From Octopus sinensis (lineage: Eukaryota), in the NCBI RefSeq assembly GCF_006345805.1, contig NC_043002.1:74462001-74526000 (forward strand): 64,000 nucleotides of DNA, read 5' to 3'. The notes below the pieces were generated by a model. It ran no database searches, was not told where the DNA came from, and saw only the letters and a list, made by a program, of their open reading frames with translations. Below are positions 12,958 to 25,967 of this stretch, piece after piece; positions within the stretch are counted from its first letter, which is position 1, and each line of letters starts with the position of its first letter. The translations under genes were made by a program, and so were the position numbers.

Positions 12958-13724
12958 TGTTATGTTTTCTAAACGTCAGTTTCTGAAATTCTGCCCACAT
13001 TCTTTTCCTACAATCATTGTCTACCCTTGTCCTCTAGTCATTTTTCTAATGATATTTTTTAAACACGTAGGAATTCATTAGCATCCATATATATCAACAT
13101 ATTTAAAAAAATATCAGCCACTTAAAGATTTAAAGATGACTAATTTTGGATTTATAGATTACGCTTATGAAGCGAGATTAAATTATAACTGCTTACATAT
13201 CGAATCCAAGAATAAAAATGTGTAATTTGAAACAGATTGTCATTTGAAAATGTAACTGCGAACTTAAAAATTAATCAGACGTCTTTTGAGAAAAGAATCG
13301 ATTTTCTTGTCGCCAATACACTTCTTGAAATGAAATAACTAACAAACTAACTGACCTAGCTGATATTGTATCGTGATGCTTATTCCTTTTGTGCATGTGT
13401 TTGTGTTTTCAATTAAACCATCTTGTATTACTGGAGTAGATGAACGAAAAAGATGCTCGAACAGATAAAACAAAACTGACAGAGATAAATTTCATAAATA
13501 TTAAAATAAGAGGAGATCGTTACCCCGAGTCAATACACTAGCAGATAAGCAACCAACATACCTTGTCACTGGCGCTTCGCTGTCTCTAGCTAAGACACAC
13601 TGAACACTCAATGGCCCATTACAGCATGTAGTGGGGACCATAGGGTGTGATGGTCCACCGTTGTAAACAGCAAGAGCTGTGTGATAAATGACGGATGTTT
13701 CATTAGCTAACGGTGCTGAGCTTG

Positions 13725-14085
13725 ATCAACTCTAGCTGGACAGGGTTGCTGCTGGAAGATTATGCGTGTGTGGCAGCCGGATTCGGCTCCTTGCTATGCT
13801 TTCGGAAACAGTCAGAAATGGTTGTCAGACAATTTCTACAACTTGACCGGCCTCAATTTCTGGCTAATCATCCTCGACTGTAACCCCATGAATTACAATA
13901 TGTGGGCGCAGTTGAGAAAAACACCAACCACTCTGCCTGTAACAACCAAGACTGAACTGAGCTGATGGCCAAGATCAAGGAGTTGTTCGAAGATCTTCCA
14001 AGAGATATAATGAGGAACGCATGCACCAGATTCCGGAGCCGTCTTGAGGCTGTGATGTAAGTTGAGGATGGCTACTTTGAATAAA
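13725..14085 (+). pseudogene. DD37D (maT)-type mariner transposase C-terminal fragment
   Basis: WQPDSAPCY..SQKWLSDNF...DCNPMNYNMW; related to 63610-64000. Confidence 0.7.
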
Positions 14086-14208
14086 CTGTTATCTCCCAAC
14101 CATAATCTAGTTGATACTTTTTGATTTTGAAAAATACTTTTGTCTATGAATGGGATATTGTTTCCTTTTATGCATAACAGTCAAATTTAGCTCGGGTACT
14201 CAGTGTGT

Positions 14209-14244
<36 letters not shown>

Positions 14245-14431
14245 TGTACTAGCAAATTATGATAAGCACGTGTTTTATATCATCTGTTCCCCACGTACGT
14301 TTCCCCATTGTGAGTATTTTCAACCTCTGCATTTCTTGTTCTAAGAGCAATTTGATAGTGGACTACAATAAACAATAGGAGCTGTATATCGAAGTGTACA
14401 TACAAGAGTTACTCTGTGTGTGTGTGTGTGT

Positions 14432-14494
<63 letters not shown>

Positions 14495-14837
14495 AGTCCT
14501 CCGATAAACGTGAAATTATCGCTGCATTAAGTTGTACTCCGTTATAATGGCGCTCTGAAGAAAAGCGGATTTAAAGAGAATTGGGAGATATATTATAGCG
14601 ATATCCAGAAAAGAAAAAGAAATCATGGCTGTCCTACGACGAAACAACAAACACAGGTCGAACAATACTATTGAAGAAGATAAAATATATGACTGGTGTC
14701 CCTGTTAAGAATTCAAACCCTACAACAATTGCTCTTGAACATTCGAGGAACGAGAAACCAGAAACAGTTACGGAGGGAAAATTTAGCTTCGAAAAAGAAT
14801 CAATAAACACAAAATGTAAATAAAATGAAAAATAATT

Positions 14838-15103
14838 GTTTCTAATTTAGGCACAAGGCCAACAATTTTGAGTAGAAGGGTTAAGTCGATACCTTCTACC
14901 TTAGTATTTGACTTAAATCCTTAAATCCTTAAAAATGTTTTAGCCCGGAGGCCGCGGCCATGCTGATAATTTATTTTATCGATCCTGGAAGGATGAAAGA
15001 GAAAGTTAACTTTGGTGGTTTTCGAACTCGAAATGTGAAGAGCCGGAAGAAATACCACAAAGTATTTTGTGTGACGCTAACTATACTGTACATTCACCAC
15101 CCT
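14838..15103 (-). mobile_element. Family C SINE, diverged; further diverged copies ~8480-8600, 10995-11130 and 11140-11280
   Basis: ggcacaaggcc...tttatcgatcctggaaggatgaaag...gaactc. Confidence 0.65.
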
Positions 15104-16527
15104 TAAAAAGACTTATAATAAATTTCTGTTTTTCTCTTCACAAACACAAACAAACAAACACACACACACACACACGTATACTCATACACAAACGCGCGTA
15201 ATATGTTCCAATGTTGCTTTTGTCGGCGAATGAAGAGAGTATTTAAGATTATGTTGTAAAGTCCATTTTTTATTTATACTTCAATTCCTTTCTCATAGCT
15301 CAAATTTCACGCCTGGCGATTGGTGTGGCGTGAAACTCAAGTCGAGTTAGAAAGTAATTCAGTTTAAATAATATATACATACATACAGTGAGTGTATGTG
15401 TGTGAGTGTGTGTGGAGAGAGAGAGAGAAGAGATGAACAAGTAGAGAGATAGATGCAGACATTCACACAAACACATACATATACACACACGCGCACACAA
15501 ATACACACACACACACACGAAGTGAATGCTTTCGATAGAGTCTCTCCTGCACTCAGCCTACAAGAGAAACATTCTCCATAAAATCATTATAAAAAAAAGC
15601 GTTTCACTTACCGAGTGTGGGATTTATTACAAAATATTTTCTCATTTTGGGGTAGTAGCTTAGGCAATTTGCTATATGTAGAACCAGATTGAATATTCGG
15701 ACCCACTCCTGTGCAGTAACGACAATCCGTCTTGTGTTATTTATAATTATAGCTGATTTATTCTGAACTGTCAGTTAACTATAAACCAAAAGTTTAGTAC
15801 CTTCTAACAGTTTAACTATCACAGCTTGAATTTTTTCTCTCTCTCTCTTCTCTCAAAGTAATCTCACGTAACAATGAAACAAGTTCGACTGCATTCTACT
15901 TGCTAGCTGATATCTCAACGTTTATGTTATAAATTATCTCAAGGAAATTAAACGTAAGGCTTTTTTTTTCTTCTTTTTCTTGTCTTTTTTTTTTTACAAA
16001 TGAACTGATTGAAGAAGAAAATATAGAATTAGCTAAGTAGGTTTTTTTTTCTCCCCTGGTGTCATCCGTTTTATAATGGTGACGTTTGCAAAAGTATTGG
16101 ATACATACTGCATTAGTCGGATATGAAGACCGCTAGTAAGAGGATTGAATACATATTCAATTAATGAGAGTATAGGTAACTATCTCCATTATTGCTTACA
16201 GAAACAATTTAATAAGAGTATTGCATACAGTCGCATTAGTGAAACTACTGGAAACAGTCACGTTAGTAAGAATGTTGCATATAGAGGCCAACAGTAAGAT
16301 ATTGGATATACATTTTACTGGTAAAAAGTACGGGATGCAGTTATCATTAATAAGAGTATTTGCATACGATCACATCAGTAAGAGTATTGGTTGTAACACT
16401 GTTAGTAAGAGTATTTGATACAAAGTCAATTAGTACGAGTACTGGATAAATATTCCATTAGTTCGAGAACTGGATGTATATTCCATTGGTAAGAGTTATA
16501 AACAAATGCCATGGGTAAAAAAATATT

Positions 16528-16924
16528 TATTTCTTTATTGCCCACAAGGGGTTAAACATAGAGGGAACAAACAAGGACAGACAAGGGGATTAAGTCGATT
16601 ACATCGACCCCAGTGATTAACTGGTACTTATTTAATCGACCCCGAAAGGATGAAAGGAATTTGAACTCAAAACGTAGCGACAGATGAAATACCTATTTCT
16701 TTACTACTCACAAGGGGCTAAACACAGAATGGACAAACAAGGACAGATAAACGGATTAAGTCGATTACATCGACTCCAGTGCATAACTGGTACTTATTTA
16801 ATCAACCCCGAAAGGATGAAAGGCAAAGTCGACCTCGGCAGAATTTGAACTCAGAACGTAGCGCCAGACGAAATACCGCTAATCATTTCGCCCGGCGTGC
16901 TAACGATTCTGCCAGTTCGCCGCC
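16528..16924 (-). mobile_element. Family C SINE (Nin/Deu-like domain), tandem full plus partial dimer with TSD
   Basis: Contains the reverse complement of GCCTTTCATCCTTTCGGGGTCGAT..TAAGTACCAG; TSD atgggtaaaaaa(a)tatt at 16511 and 16926. Confidence 0.85.
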
Positions 16925-17047
16925 TATGGGTAAAAAATATTAGGATGAAATTACCATTGGTAAGGGTATTGCATACAGTCACCGTTAGTAAGCATGTTGG
17001 ACACATAAACATTAGTAAGTTTTGGATAACACTTTAGTAAGAATATT

Positions 17048-17259
17048 CTTTTCTGCTCTAGGCACAAGGCCCGAAACTTTTGGGAGAGGGGACCACTCGA
17101 TTAGATCGACTTCAGTATGCAACTGGTACTTAATTTATCGACTCCGAAAGGATAAAAGGCAAAGTCGATCTCGGCGAAATTTGAACTCAGAACGTAAAGA
17201 CACGAAATACTGCTAAGTATTTCGTCCGGCGTTCTAACGTTTCTGCCAGCTCGCCGTCT
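17048..17259 (-). mobile_element. Family C SINE
   Basis: Same head (ggcgagctggcagaaacgttag) and core on the minus strand. Confidence 0.85.
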
Positions 17260-17665
17260 TAATATTAGTTAGAATATTGGATTTGTACACCACTAGTAAG
17301 AATATCTTACCCTTACCTGTTCCTAAGCAACATGAATAGAACAATAACACTGCTTACATGATGGTGACGTTTGTTTACAGTTAACACGATGTCTAACCAA
17401 AGACACACACACACATACACAAGATATAATAATATAATAATATAATATAATTTGATTAATAATAGTAATAATAATTAATAAAAGTAATTGTGCAGTTGCT
17501 TTTTACAATATTTTCTACATCTTGTGATTTGTGTACGATATTTTTAATTTGATACATGTATTTATGCACAATCACACGCACAAATATTTATATACAGATA
17601 CACAAACACATTTATAAGACGGCTTTCTTTCATCTTTGATCTACCAAATCCACTCACCAAGGCCT

Positions 17666-18235
17666 CTTCAGTTACAGCATACATTAAATGAGTGCTAACA
17701 TCTAGTGAGACAATCATTGACAATATACGTTACAATGATTGTCTTCGATTAAAAGTGAAACCGGTAGGCAATATTGTATTTTGATATAATTCGATTTATA
17801 ATAATATAAACTTAATGCAACTTGTCCAAGTTGTTGCACATTTGGGTTGACACCGAAACCCAGTGGTTGACAGGCGAACTTCTTTACCATTCAAGTTACA
17901 AATACCCCACACAAGTCACAAGATATAGAAAATATACTAAAAAGAAACTGCACAATTACTTTTGTATATTATTAATCAAATTATACACAAAATATATTAT
18001 TTCACTCTTAATATTATATATAATCATTGTAATGTATATGAGTAATTTGTTAGCTGTTAGCCTTCAGTTACAGCATACATTAACTGAAGGCTAACAGCTA
18101 GTTAGACAATCATTGACAATATACGTTACAATGATTACCTTCGATGAAAAACGAAACCGGTAAGGAATATTTATTTTGATATACTTCGATTTATAACAAT
18201 ATAAACGTAATTATGCAGTTTCTTTTCTATTTGTA
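17666..18235 (+). repeat. Structured direct repeat (~150 bp x2: 17666-17815 and 18051-18235) with hairpins and a hammerhead-like GAAACCGGTA
   Basis: Both copies share cttcagttacagcatacatta...agacaatcattgacaatatacgttacaatgatt...gaaaccggta. Confidence 0.75.
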
Positions 18236-18241
18236 CATATA

Positions 18242-19510
18242 CAGGAGTTGGACAAAATAATGGAAACATCTAGCATCATAGCATCATAATTTTGAAATAT
18301 CTATAAAACAGTCAAAAGCGTGTTTGTTTTTATGTTTTTATTTATTATTAGTGTTGCTTAATATGTTTTGCTAAAATTGCTATTTCTTTTCAGATATCAT
18401 CTGAGAAAGGTAATTAAAATTCATTAAAATGACAGATCTGTCGGACTTTCAAAGAGGTCAAATTGTTGGTGCTCGTATGGCAGGCGCTAGCGTAACGAGA
18501 ACAGCCAAAATGTTTGGTGTATCAAGAAGTACTGTCTCGAAAGTAATGACAGCCTTTGAGAAAGAGGGAAAAACCTGCTCGTCGAAACAAAACTCTGGAA
18601 GTAAACCAAAGCTTTCAGATAGGGACTGTCGGATTCTTACGCGAATTGTTAGAAAGGATCGCAAAATTACAGCTCCCAAAGTTACTGCAGAGCTTAATGA
18701 CCACCTCGACAACCCAGTTTTCACAAAAACTGTTCGCTGGGAGCTGCACCAAACCGGATTTCACGGGAGGGCTGCAATCAGAAAACCACTACTTTCAAAA
18801 TCAAACACTGCAAAGTGTTTAGAATGGAGTAAACACCTACAGAATTGGTCTCTAGAGCAGTGAAGAATGTAATTTTCTCGGAGAGTCATCCTTTACCTTA
18901 TTTCCGACCACCGACCGAGTATACGTGTGGAGACAGCCAAAAGAAGCATTTGACCCAGACTACCTTCTACCAACTGTTAAACATGGAGGAAGATCTGTGA
19001 TGATCTGCGGGGCTAAATCTTGGAAATCCGCCGACCCAATGGTTTCCATTCATGGCAGAATTAATAGTAAAGACTATTTAAGCATTTTATCTGATCAAAT
19101 TCATCCTATGGTTGTGGAACTGTTTCCAGAGGGAAACTCAATCTTTCAGGATGATAATGCACCAATTCACACAGCTAAAATTGCTACTGAATGGCACGAG
19201 GAACATTCCTGTGAAATTAAACATCTTATCTGGCCACAACAGTCCCCAGATCTCAATATTATTGAATATTTATGGTGCATTTTAGAAAAACAAGTAAGGA
19301 GTCGATATCCTCCACCATCATCACTACAAGAACAGGAGACTGTTTCAGCTGAAGAATGGACAAATCTTCCTTTGGAAACAATTCAAACTTTGTACGAGTC
19401 CATACCTCGTAGAATTCATGCTGTAATTACTGCCAAAGGCGGTCCTACACTATATTAAAATAAATTTGTTTGAAATTTTTAGGTGTTTCCATTATTTTGT
19501 CCAACCTCTG
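18242..19510 (+). mobile_element. Full-length Tc1 DNA transposon
   Basis: TIRs caggagttggacaaaataatggaaaca / tgtttccattattttgtccaacctctg, flanked by TA on both sides. Confidence 0.95.
18429..19458 (+). pseudogene. Tc1 (DD34E) transposase with a stop and frameshift near 18863-18885
   Basis: MTDLSDFQRGQIVGAR..., TVKHGG, FQDDNAPIH, WPQQSPDLNIIE. Confidence 0.93.
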
Positions 19511-19830
19511 TATAATAGATGTTTGTGTGACTTCTATTATATTTATATAACAGAATTCGAGCCGACCAAACCTTTGTCAACGAATTTGGTAGGCGGAAAT
19601 TGTGAGGAAGCCCGTTGAATATGTATGTGCTGTGCATGCCATTGTCTTGCATGTGCCCACTACAATGCAGCCTCGTCACACTGTATGTCACGTTGATTCT
19701 TCCTGAGATTTACAACAAGGGTACACGTGTCTATGGAGTGTGCAGCCTCTTACACGATTATCCAGTAAACGCGTAGTTCTTTTGATCGAACAACCGAATC
19801 TTCATCGTCGAAAGTGACGCAGTTTCAACA

Positions 19831-19914
<84 letters not shown>

Positions 19915-20087
19915 ATGAAAGTGGCTTAGGCGCAATATAAAACCAAAAAGGAAAAATTTAATTGTCACCAATAGAGACTGAGGGCATATGTCAGTATCTG
20001 TGTATGTGTGTGTGTGAATAAATATGTATATTTGTATACGCAAATATGTATATATATATATATTACATAATTATGCTATACATATGT

Positions 20088-20392
20088 GGAGCCACATGTC
20101 CTAGTGGTTAGAGCAGTGGACTCTCGGTCAAGGGATCGCGAATTCGAATCTCAGACCGGGCGATGTGTGTGTTTATGAGCAAAACACCTAAGCTCCACGC
20201 GGCTCCGGCAGAAGGTAATGGCGAACTTCTGCTGACTCTTTCGCCACAACTTTCTCTCATTCTTTCCTCCTACATCTTGCGGATCACCTGCGACGGACCG
20301 GCGTCTCGTCCAGGCGGGGAACCTATACGCCAAGGAAACCGGGAAACCGGCACTTATGAACGAGGCGTGGCTCGAGAAGGAACAAACAACAA
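20088..20392 (+). mobile_element. Family A SINE variant
   Basis: tRNA-like head, gagcaaaacacctaagctccacg, cctgcgacggaccggcgtctcgtccagg domain and (AAC) tail. Confidence 0.8.
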
Positions 20393-20551
20393 TGTTATAC
20401 ATATATGTACGTGTGTGTGCATGTGAGTAGATGTGCACACATATACGAATGTGTATACATGTATAAATATGTATATGTATAAGGGTACATATTTTATACA
20501 TGTATACACATGTATATATATATCTTATACATGTACATATCTATCTATACA

Positions 20552-21702
20552 TTCTTTTACTTTTATTCTTGTTTCAGTCATTTGACTGCGGCCATACTGG
20601 AGCACCAACTTTAGTCGAACAAATTGACCTCAGGACTTATTCTTTGTAAGCCTAATACTTATTCTATTGGTCTCTTTTGCCGAACCACTTAGTTACGGGA
20701 ACATAAACACACCAACATCAGTTTTCAAGCGATGGTTGGGTGCCAAACTTAGATACACAAATACATGCATATATACACGACGGGCTTCTTTCAGTTTCCG
20801 TCAACCAAATCTACTCACAAGGCTTTGGTCGGCCCGAGGCTATAGTAGAAGACACTCGACCAAGGTGTCACGTAGTGGGACTGAACCCGGAACCATGTGG
20901 TTGTGAAGCAAGCTTCTTTTATTCATTCAATCGGCCGCAAGGGCCTTACAAAGAAAGGAAGCTGCGGGCTGGACACGGACATAATGAGATGAAATGATTA
21001 ACGATATGATAATAATGAGGGCAACAGCAACGCCTGCCGATTGCTGTTTACCCGAGCCACATTGTTCTTTATAAATGCATATTGAGGCAACAAACTTCTT
21101 ATATCACAGAACATAAAGGAGGCAATTAACCTCTTACAAGAAAGCCATTGTGAGGCAGTAACCTCTTACAAAAGTCAAAACACAGTAAATACAATAAAAC
21201 AATACAAATGAGGCACCAAGCCTCTTACTTTAATTCATTATAAGTCTTCCAGCCCGACTAGACTTCTCGCCTTGGTCAAACACCTGGATGATGTCAAGTC
21301 GGTCCGCTTTAATACAAAATTGAAAGTGTCCGCCGGGAAGGAGTTCATTATCCTGCACAGATCCGTTTCCCATATGACCTTCGCAGCCACCTGCGAAGGC
21401 CAGTTAGGGTCCTCTGTGCAGGACAGAATCCCCTCCCTTCGGCCTTTCCTTTTAAACTTCTTGGAGTTTTCTATTGTTCCTCCCTTGTGGAAGAGGACCA
21501 CAAACTCCTCCTCCACAGCATGGGAGGGATCTGCAGTTTCTACCCACGGTGGCACAATTCCCACGGAAGGTTCTTCGGGACACGCCGGCAATGTCCCGTT
21601 TTTCTTTTTTTTTTTTCTTTGAGCCACGGGAAGGTGGTGTTCCTCTGCTTTGTCCAGCAGATCCTCCCTCGGTAGCGAGCTTCTTACCACACAGCCACTC
21701 CT

Positions 21703-21705
<3 letters not shown>
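20552..21705 (-). mobile_element. Family B SINE interrupted by an insertion at 20919-21673
   Basis: Body at 20552-20918; head resumes at 21674 (agcgagcttcttaccacacagccactcctgcgc). Confidence 0.85.
20919..21673 (-). mobile_element. Unclassified retroposed insertion with a 12-bp TSD and an ORF remnant
   Basis: TSD agcaagcttctt/agcgagcttctt; minus-strand end ..ggccgattgaatgAATAAA; open frame 21238-21670. Confidence 0.65.
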
Positions 21706-21787
<82 letters not shown>

Positions 21788-23184
21788 TTATATTGCTATA
21801 TATGTATGTATATGTGTGTTGGTGAACACACACACACGCACACAAAATTACAATTAACAGCTTTTTTTAGATGTTTTGTACACTACATGACTCGTACCAA
21901 GGCTGTTTCAGTTTCGTTTTTACGAATTTCTCTTCATTTTCGTATGCGTTCCTCACAGTTTGTTTGAAACAGTAAACCTTCTAATTCCACCATCAAAGTT
22001 TTCGACACGTTCGTGAGTTGAAGTCACTGCATATGTTGGCATATGTTGCAGTCCCTTTATAGAAGTTAGATCTATGTGATTGATCCAATAGACGTTACCG
22101 GAATTTAAATTTTTACGTATGGATGTATACGTCGTCACATGTTTGTTCTTGTTTGTGACTAGAATATGCTGTTTGTGCGTTTATTTTATACACTGCACTG
22201 TGGTGTAAGCACTGCTTCGATAATTAACAGTCAACCAACACTAGATCGAATTGGTTCAAATGTTTACAGCAGGCTGAACTCCGTTAAAAGCATTCAAAGG
22301 CTATACGGGGTGGTATCGAACCAGCTCTACAACCATATCGTTGCATCCCTAAGCTCCATATTCCATTTTCTTATTTTTATTGTTTTTTCACTTGCATTAG
22401 AGAATTCAATTTCATGGATTTTTTATTTATTTTAGTCTTTAGTTTTCTCATATATTCACTTCATCGTTTGAATATAAGCGCTTGCGTCACAGCTCAGACA
22501 GCTGCATAACATAAACGTAGATAAAGCGAGAGAAATGAGGAAAGGCACGCACACAAACAGACAGACAGATTTTTTTTTTTCTTTCCTTCAGATTTCTCAA
22601 GTCCTCTCGCCATCTCCAACAGACAACTAAAACAACTCGAGCTAACGATGGACCCTCCACATAGACGCTTGCCTTGCTAGGAATAGCAACCAAATCACCT
22701 TCAAATTACATGCTACCATCTTAAAAAACATACAAGGACACATTCGATATACCTAACAAAAAAATGCGAGATGGTGGAAGGTTAGAGCGATTTTGGACAT
22801 AAATCTATTTGAAGTGGGCTGGCCTGAGGCTAAGCAGCAACAACTACAGAAACTTGTCGAGCTTTAAATGACACTCTTTCTCAATGGTTTGCACTGTCGG
22901 GATGCACCTTCAGTTTGCCGACCCATCTACGAAAAAGCACGTCGTAATACACATCAAAAGTGCTGCACTATAAAAATGCTAAGGGTGGTAGTGGGGACGA
23001 GGCAACAAGCAACACCATTACACACACACATACACACACGCCACCTTTTGGCTACATTTGTGTTTGTCTCCGTGCGTATCTATCTGACATACGTTCTTTT
23101 ATGACAGCATCTACCTTTAGGTAATTTAACAGATTTTCAAACAGAATATCTTATCTACTACAATTCAATGATTCCACAGCCACA

Positions 23185-23360
23185 AAATGCTTAGCGGCAT
23201 TTCGTTCGTCTTTACGTTCTGAGTTCAAATTCCACCGAGGTCGAATTTGCCTTTCATCCTTTCGTAGTCGATAAGTTAAGTACCAGTGAAACAATAGGGT
23301 CGATGTAATCGACGAGTCCCCTCTCTCAAAAGTTCAGGCCTTGTGCCTTTAGTAAAAAGG

Positions 23361-23405
<45 letters not shown>

Positions 23406-24112
23406 GTGGAGGCGCAATGGCCCAGTGGTTAGGGCAGCGGACTCGCAGTTGGAGGATCGCGGTTTCGATTCCCAGACCGGGCGTAGTGTGTATTTATTGA
23501 GTGAAAACACCTAAAGTTCCACGAGGTGGTGATGACCCCTGTTGTACTTTTTCGCCCCAACTTTCTCTCACTCTTTCTTCCTGTCTCTTGAGTAACGCTG
23601 CGATGGACTGGCGTCCCATTCAGCTGGGAGGAACATACGCCTGGCTAGGCATGAAAAGGGCACATAAATAAGTAAATAAATTATTATTATAAGGCGGAGA
23701 ACTGCCAGACTCGTTAGCACACCGAGCAACATGTTTAGCGGCATTTCGTCGGTCTTTACGTTCTGAGTTCAAATTCTGCAAAGGTCGACTTTACCTTTCA
23801 TCCTTGCAGGGTCGATAAAAATAAGTACCAGTCGTACACTGAGGTCGATATCATATATTTACACCCTCCTCCGAACTTGCTGGCCTTGTGCCGAAAATTT
23901 GAAACCGTTATTATACATCTATTATACGCCGGATAAAATGTTTAGCAGCATTTCTTCTGGATTTACGTTCTAAGTTCAAGTGCTGCCGAATTCAATTCTG
24001 CCTTTCATCCTTTCGGAGTTGATAAAATAAGTACCAGTGAAGCACTGAGGCCGATGTAATCAATTAGATCCCTCTCCCAAAATTTTCGGTCTTGTGCCTA
24101 TAGTAGAAAGAA
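23185..24112 (+). mobile_element. SINE cluster: family C (23185-23361, 23692-23907, 23925-24112) and family A (23408-23670)
   Basis: Three gcctttcatcctttcg cores and one GGAGGCGCAATGGCCCAGTGG head. Confidence 0.85.
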
Positions 24113-24246
24113 GTATTCTTAACTGAAGTGTGGTGATGTTCGCTTGGTTCTTACTTGATGGATATTCTGGTGATGGAACTGTGCGTTTTCAAAATACGAG
24201 TGTAAATACAGTGTCTGTATTAAATAGTTTAATATATTATATATCT

Positions 24247-24557
24247 AGTTAGAGCGTCGAGCTTACGATCGCGAGGTTGTGAGTTCGAATCTCGGACCGG
24301 GTTGCCTGTTGTGTTCTTAAGCAAGACACTTTATTTCACGTTGCGCCAGTTCACTCAGCTGTAGAAATGAGTTGCAACGTCACAGGTGCCAAGCTGTATC
24401 TGCTTTTTCCCTTGGATAACACTGGTGGCATGAAGAGGGGAGGCCGGTATGCATGGGCGACTACTGGTCTTCCATAAACAACCTTGCCCGGACTTGTGCC
24501 TGGGAGGGTAACTTTCTAGTGGCAATCCTATGGTCAGTCATGACCGAAGGGGTTCTC
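24247..24557 (+). mobile_element. tRNA-derived SINE, family D-related head with a different tail
   Basis: gtgagttcgaatctcgg B box and gcaagacactttatttcacgttgc. Confidence 0.7.
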
Positions 24558-24578
24558 AGCATTATATATCTAATGTAA

Positions 24579-24805
24579 GGGCGGCGAGCTGGCAGAAACG
24601 TTAGCGAGCCGGGCGAAATGCTTAGCGGTATTTCGTCTGTCGTTACGTTCTGAGTTCAAATTCTGCCGAGGTCGACTTTGCCTTTCATCCTTTCGGGGTC
24701 GATAAATAAAGTACCAGTTTCGCACTGGGATCGATGTAATCGACTTAATCCGTTTGTCTGTCCTTGTTTGTCCCCTCTATGTTTAGCCCCTTGTGGGTAG
24801 TAAAG

Positions 24806-24810
<5 letters not shown>
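24579..24810 (+). mobile_element. Family C SINE, near full length
   Basis: ggcggcgagctggcagaaacgttagc...gtaaagaaata(TA)n. Confidence 0.9.
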
Positions 24811-24850
<40 letters not shown>

Positions 24851-25134
24851 GTAAAAGAAGACGGGAAAATATTTAAGTATCGCATTCAGGATTCGAACAA
24901 CGTTTCTGTTTACTCTGGAGTTTCGTGCAGTCGCTTCATCAGGTAAGTCAAACTGAGGCCTACACTGACTTCTCTGAATAAGTGGGGCACATGATGTGGG
25001 AACTCCAGAGTAACAAGGACACTGGACCAATCTTAATACACTGCTGCACTCTACGCTTATATGTCTACATTGAGTACTTCTCCAGATCATTACTTAACAA
25101 CGGATATGTGTGCGTATGTGTGTGTGTGAACTGA

Positions 25135-25333
25135 CCTCGCTTGTGTTGGTGCCACGTAAAAAGCACACTCAGTTCACTCTACGGGGTGATTGGTGTTAGG
25201 AAGGGCATCCAGCCATAAAAACCATGCCAAAACAGACACAGTAGCCTGGTGTAGTTTTCCACCTGGCCGGCTCCTGTCAGAGCGTCTAACTTATACCAGC
25301 ATGGAAGGCGGACGACGATGATGATGATGATGA
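25135..25333 (+). mobile_element. Family E repeat; other copies 26965-27326(+), 29400-29610(-), 33065-33635(-) and 62050-62318(+)
   Basis: gtgccacgtaaaaagcac...gttaggaagggcatccagcc...cagcatggaag.cggacg followed by a (GAT)n tail. Confidence 0.8.
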
Positions 25334-25888
25334 TATAAGTGAACAATTGATGGACAAGTGTCAATTCATTACAGCCGTTTCTAACGAATTTTTTTAATTG
25401 ATTAATGAGTATATTATGTCAGTATAAAAAACCACTTTCTTCAGATGAATACATGAATTTTACAGTCAGGGACATTTTCAAAAATAATTCAAAATCCACG
25501 GCACATACATTTTTAGTGATTCTACTACTGGCCCTTGTCGCAGAATGAGATTAACCAAAACAATGAACATTCAAGTGCTTTAGTAGGAGGGGAACAACAC
25601 CACGTTATATAAGGGAGGGGTATATTTTAGAAATAGAAATATTATTATTTCTAGGTTTCTCTAAAGGTTCGTGTGTCACATAGCTAGCTAGAGGGGATGG
25701 CCTCTTGGAGCTAATCAACGGCAGCATTTGTCCTATATTTCGGGACTGTCATATTAGCTTGGCGATAACTATTAATATATTTTAGAAATTATAGCCTTAA
25801 TAGGGGTTAGTTGGCTTTGTAGCGAGAGGGAAGTTGTCTCACTCTTAAGTACTTCATTCAACTAAATATATATATATATATATTCAGT

Positions 25889-25966
<78 letters not shown>

Positions 25967-25967
25967 A

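Larger units (their letters stand above)
16090..17310. repeat. Degenerate ~29-bp minisatellite (ttagtaagagtattggatacatactgca) interrupted by SINEs
   Basis: Repeated tagtaagagtattg units at 16090-16510, 16930-17047 and 17260-17310. Confidence 0.75.

Noticed and set aside
16090-16510. CRISPR-like array
   Set aside because: The units are degenerate and contiguous without unique spacers, the context is eukaryotic and there are no cas genes.
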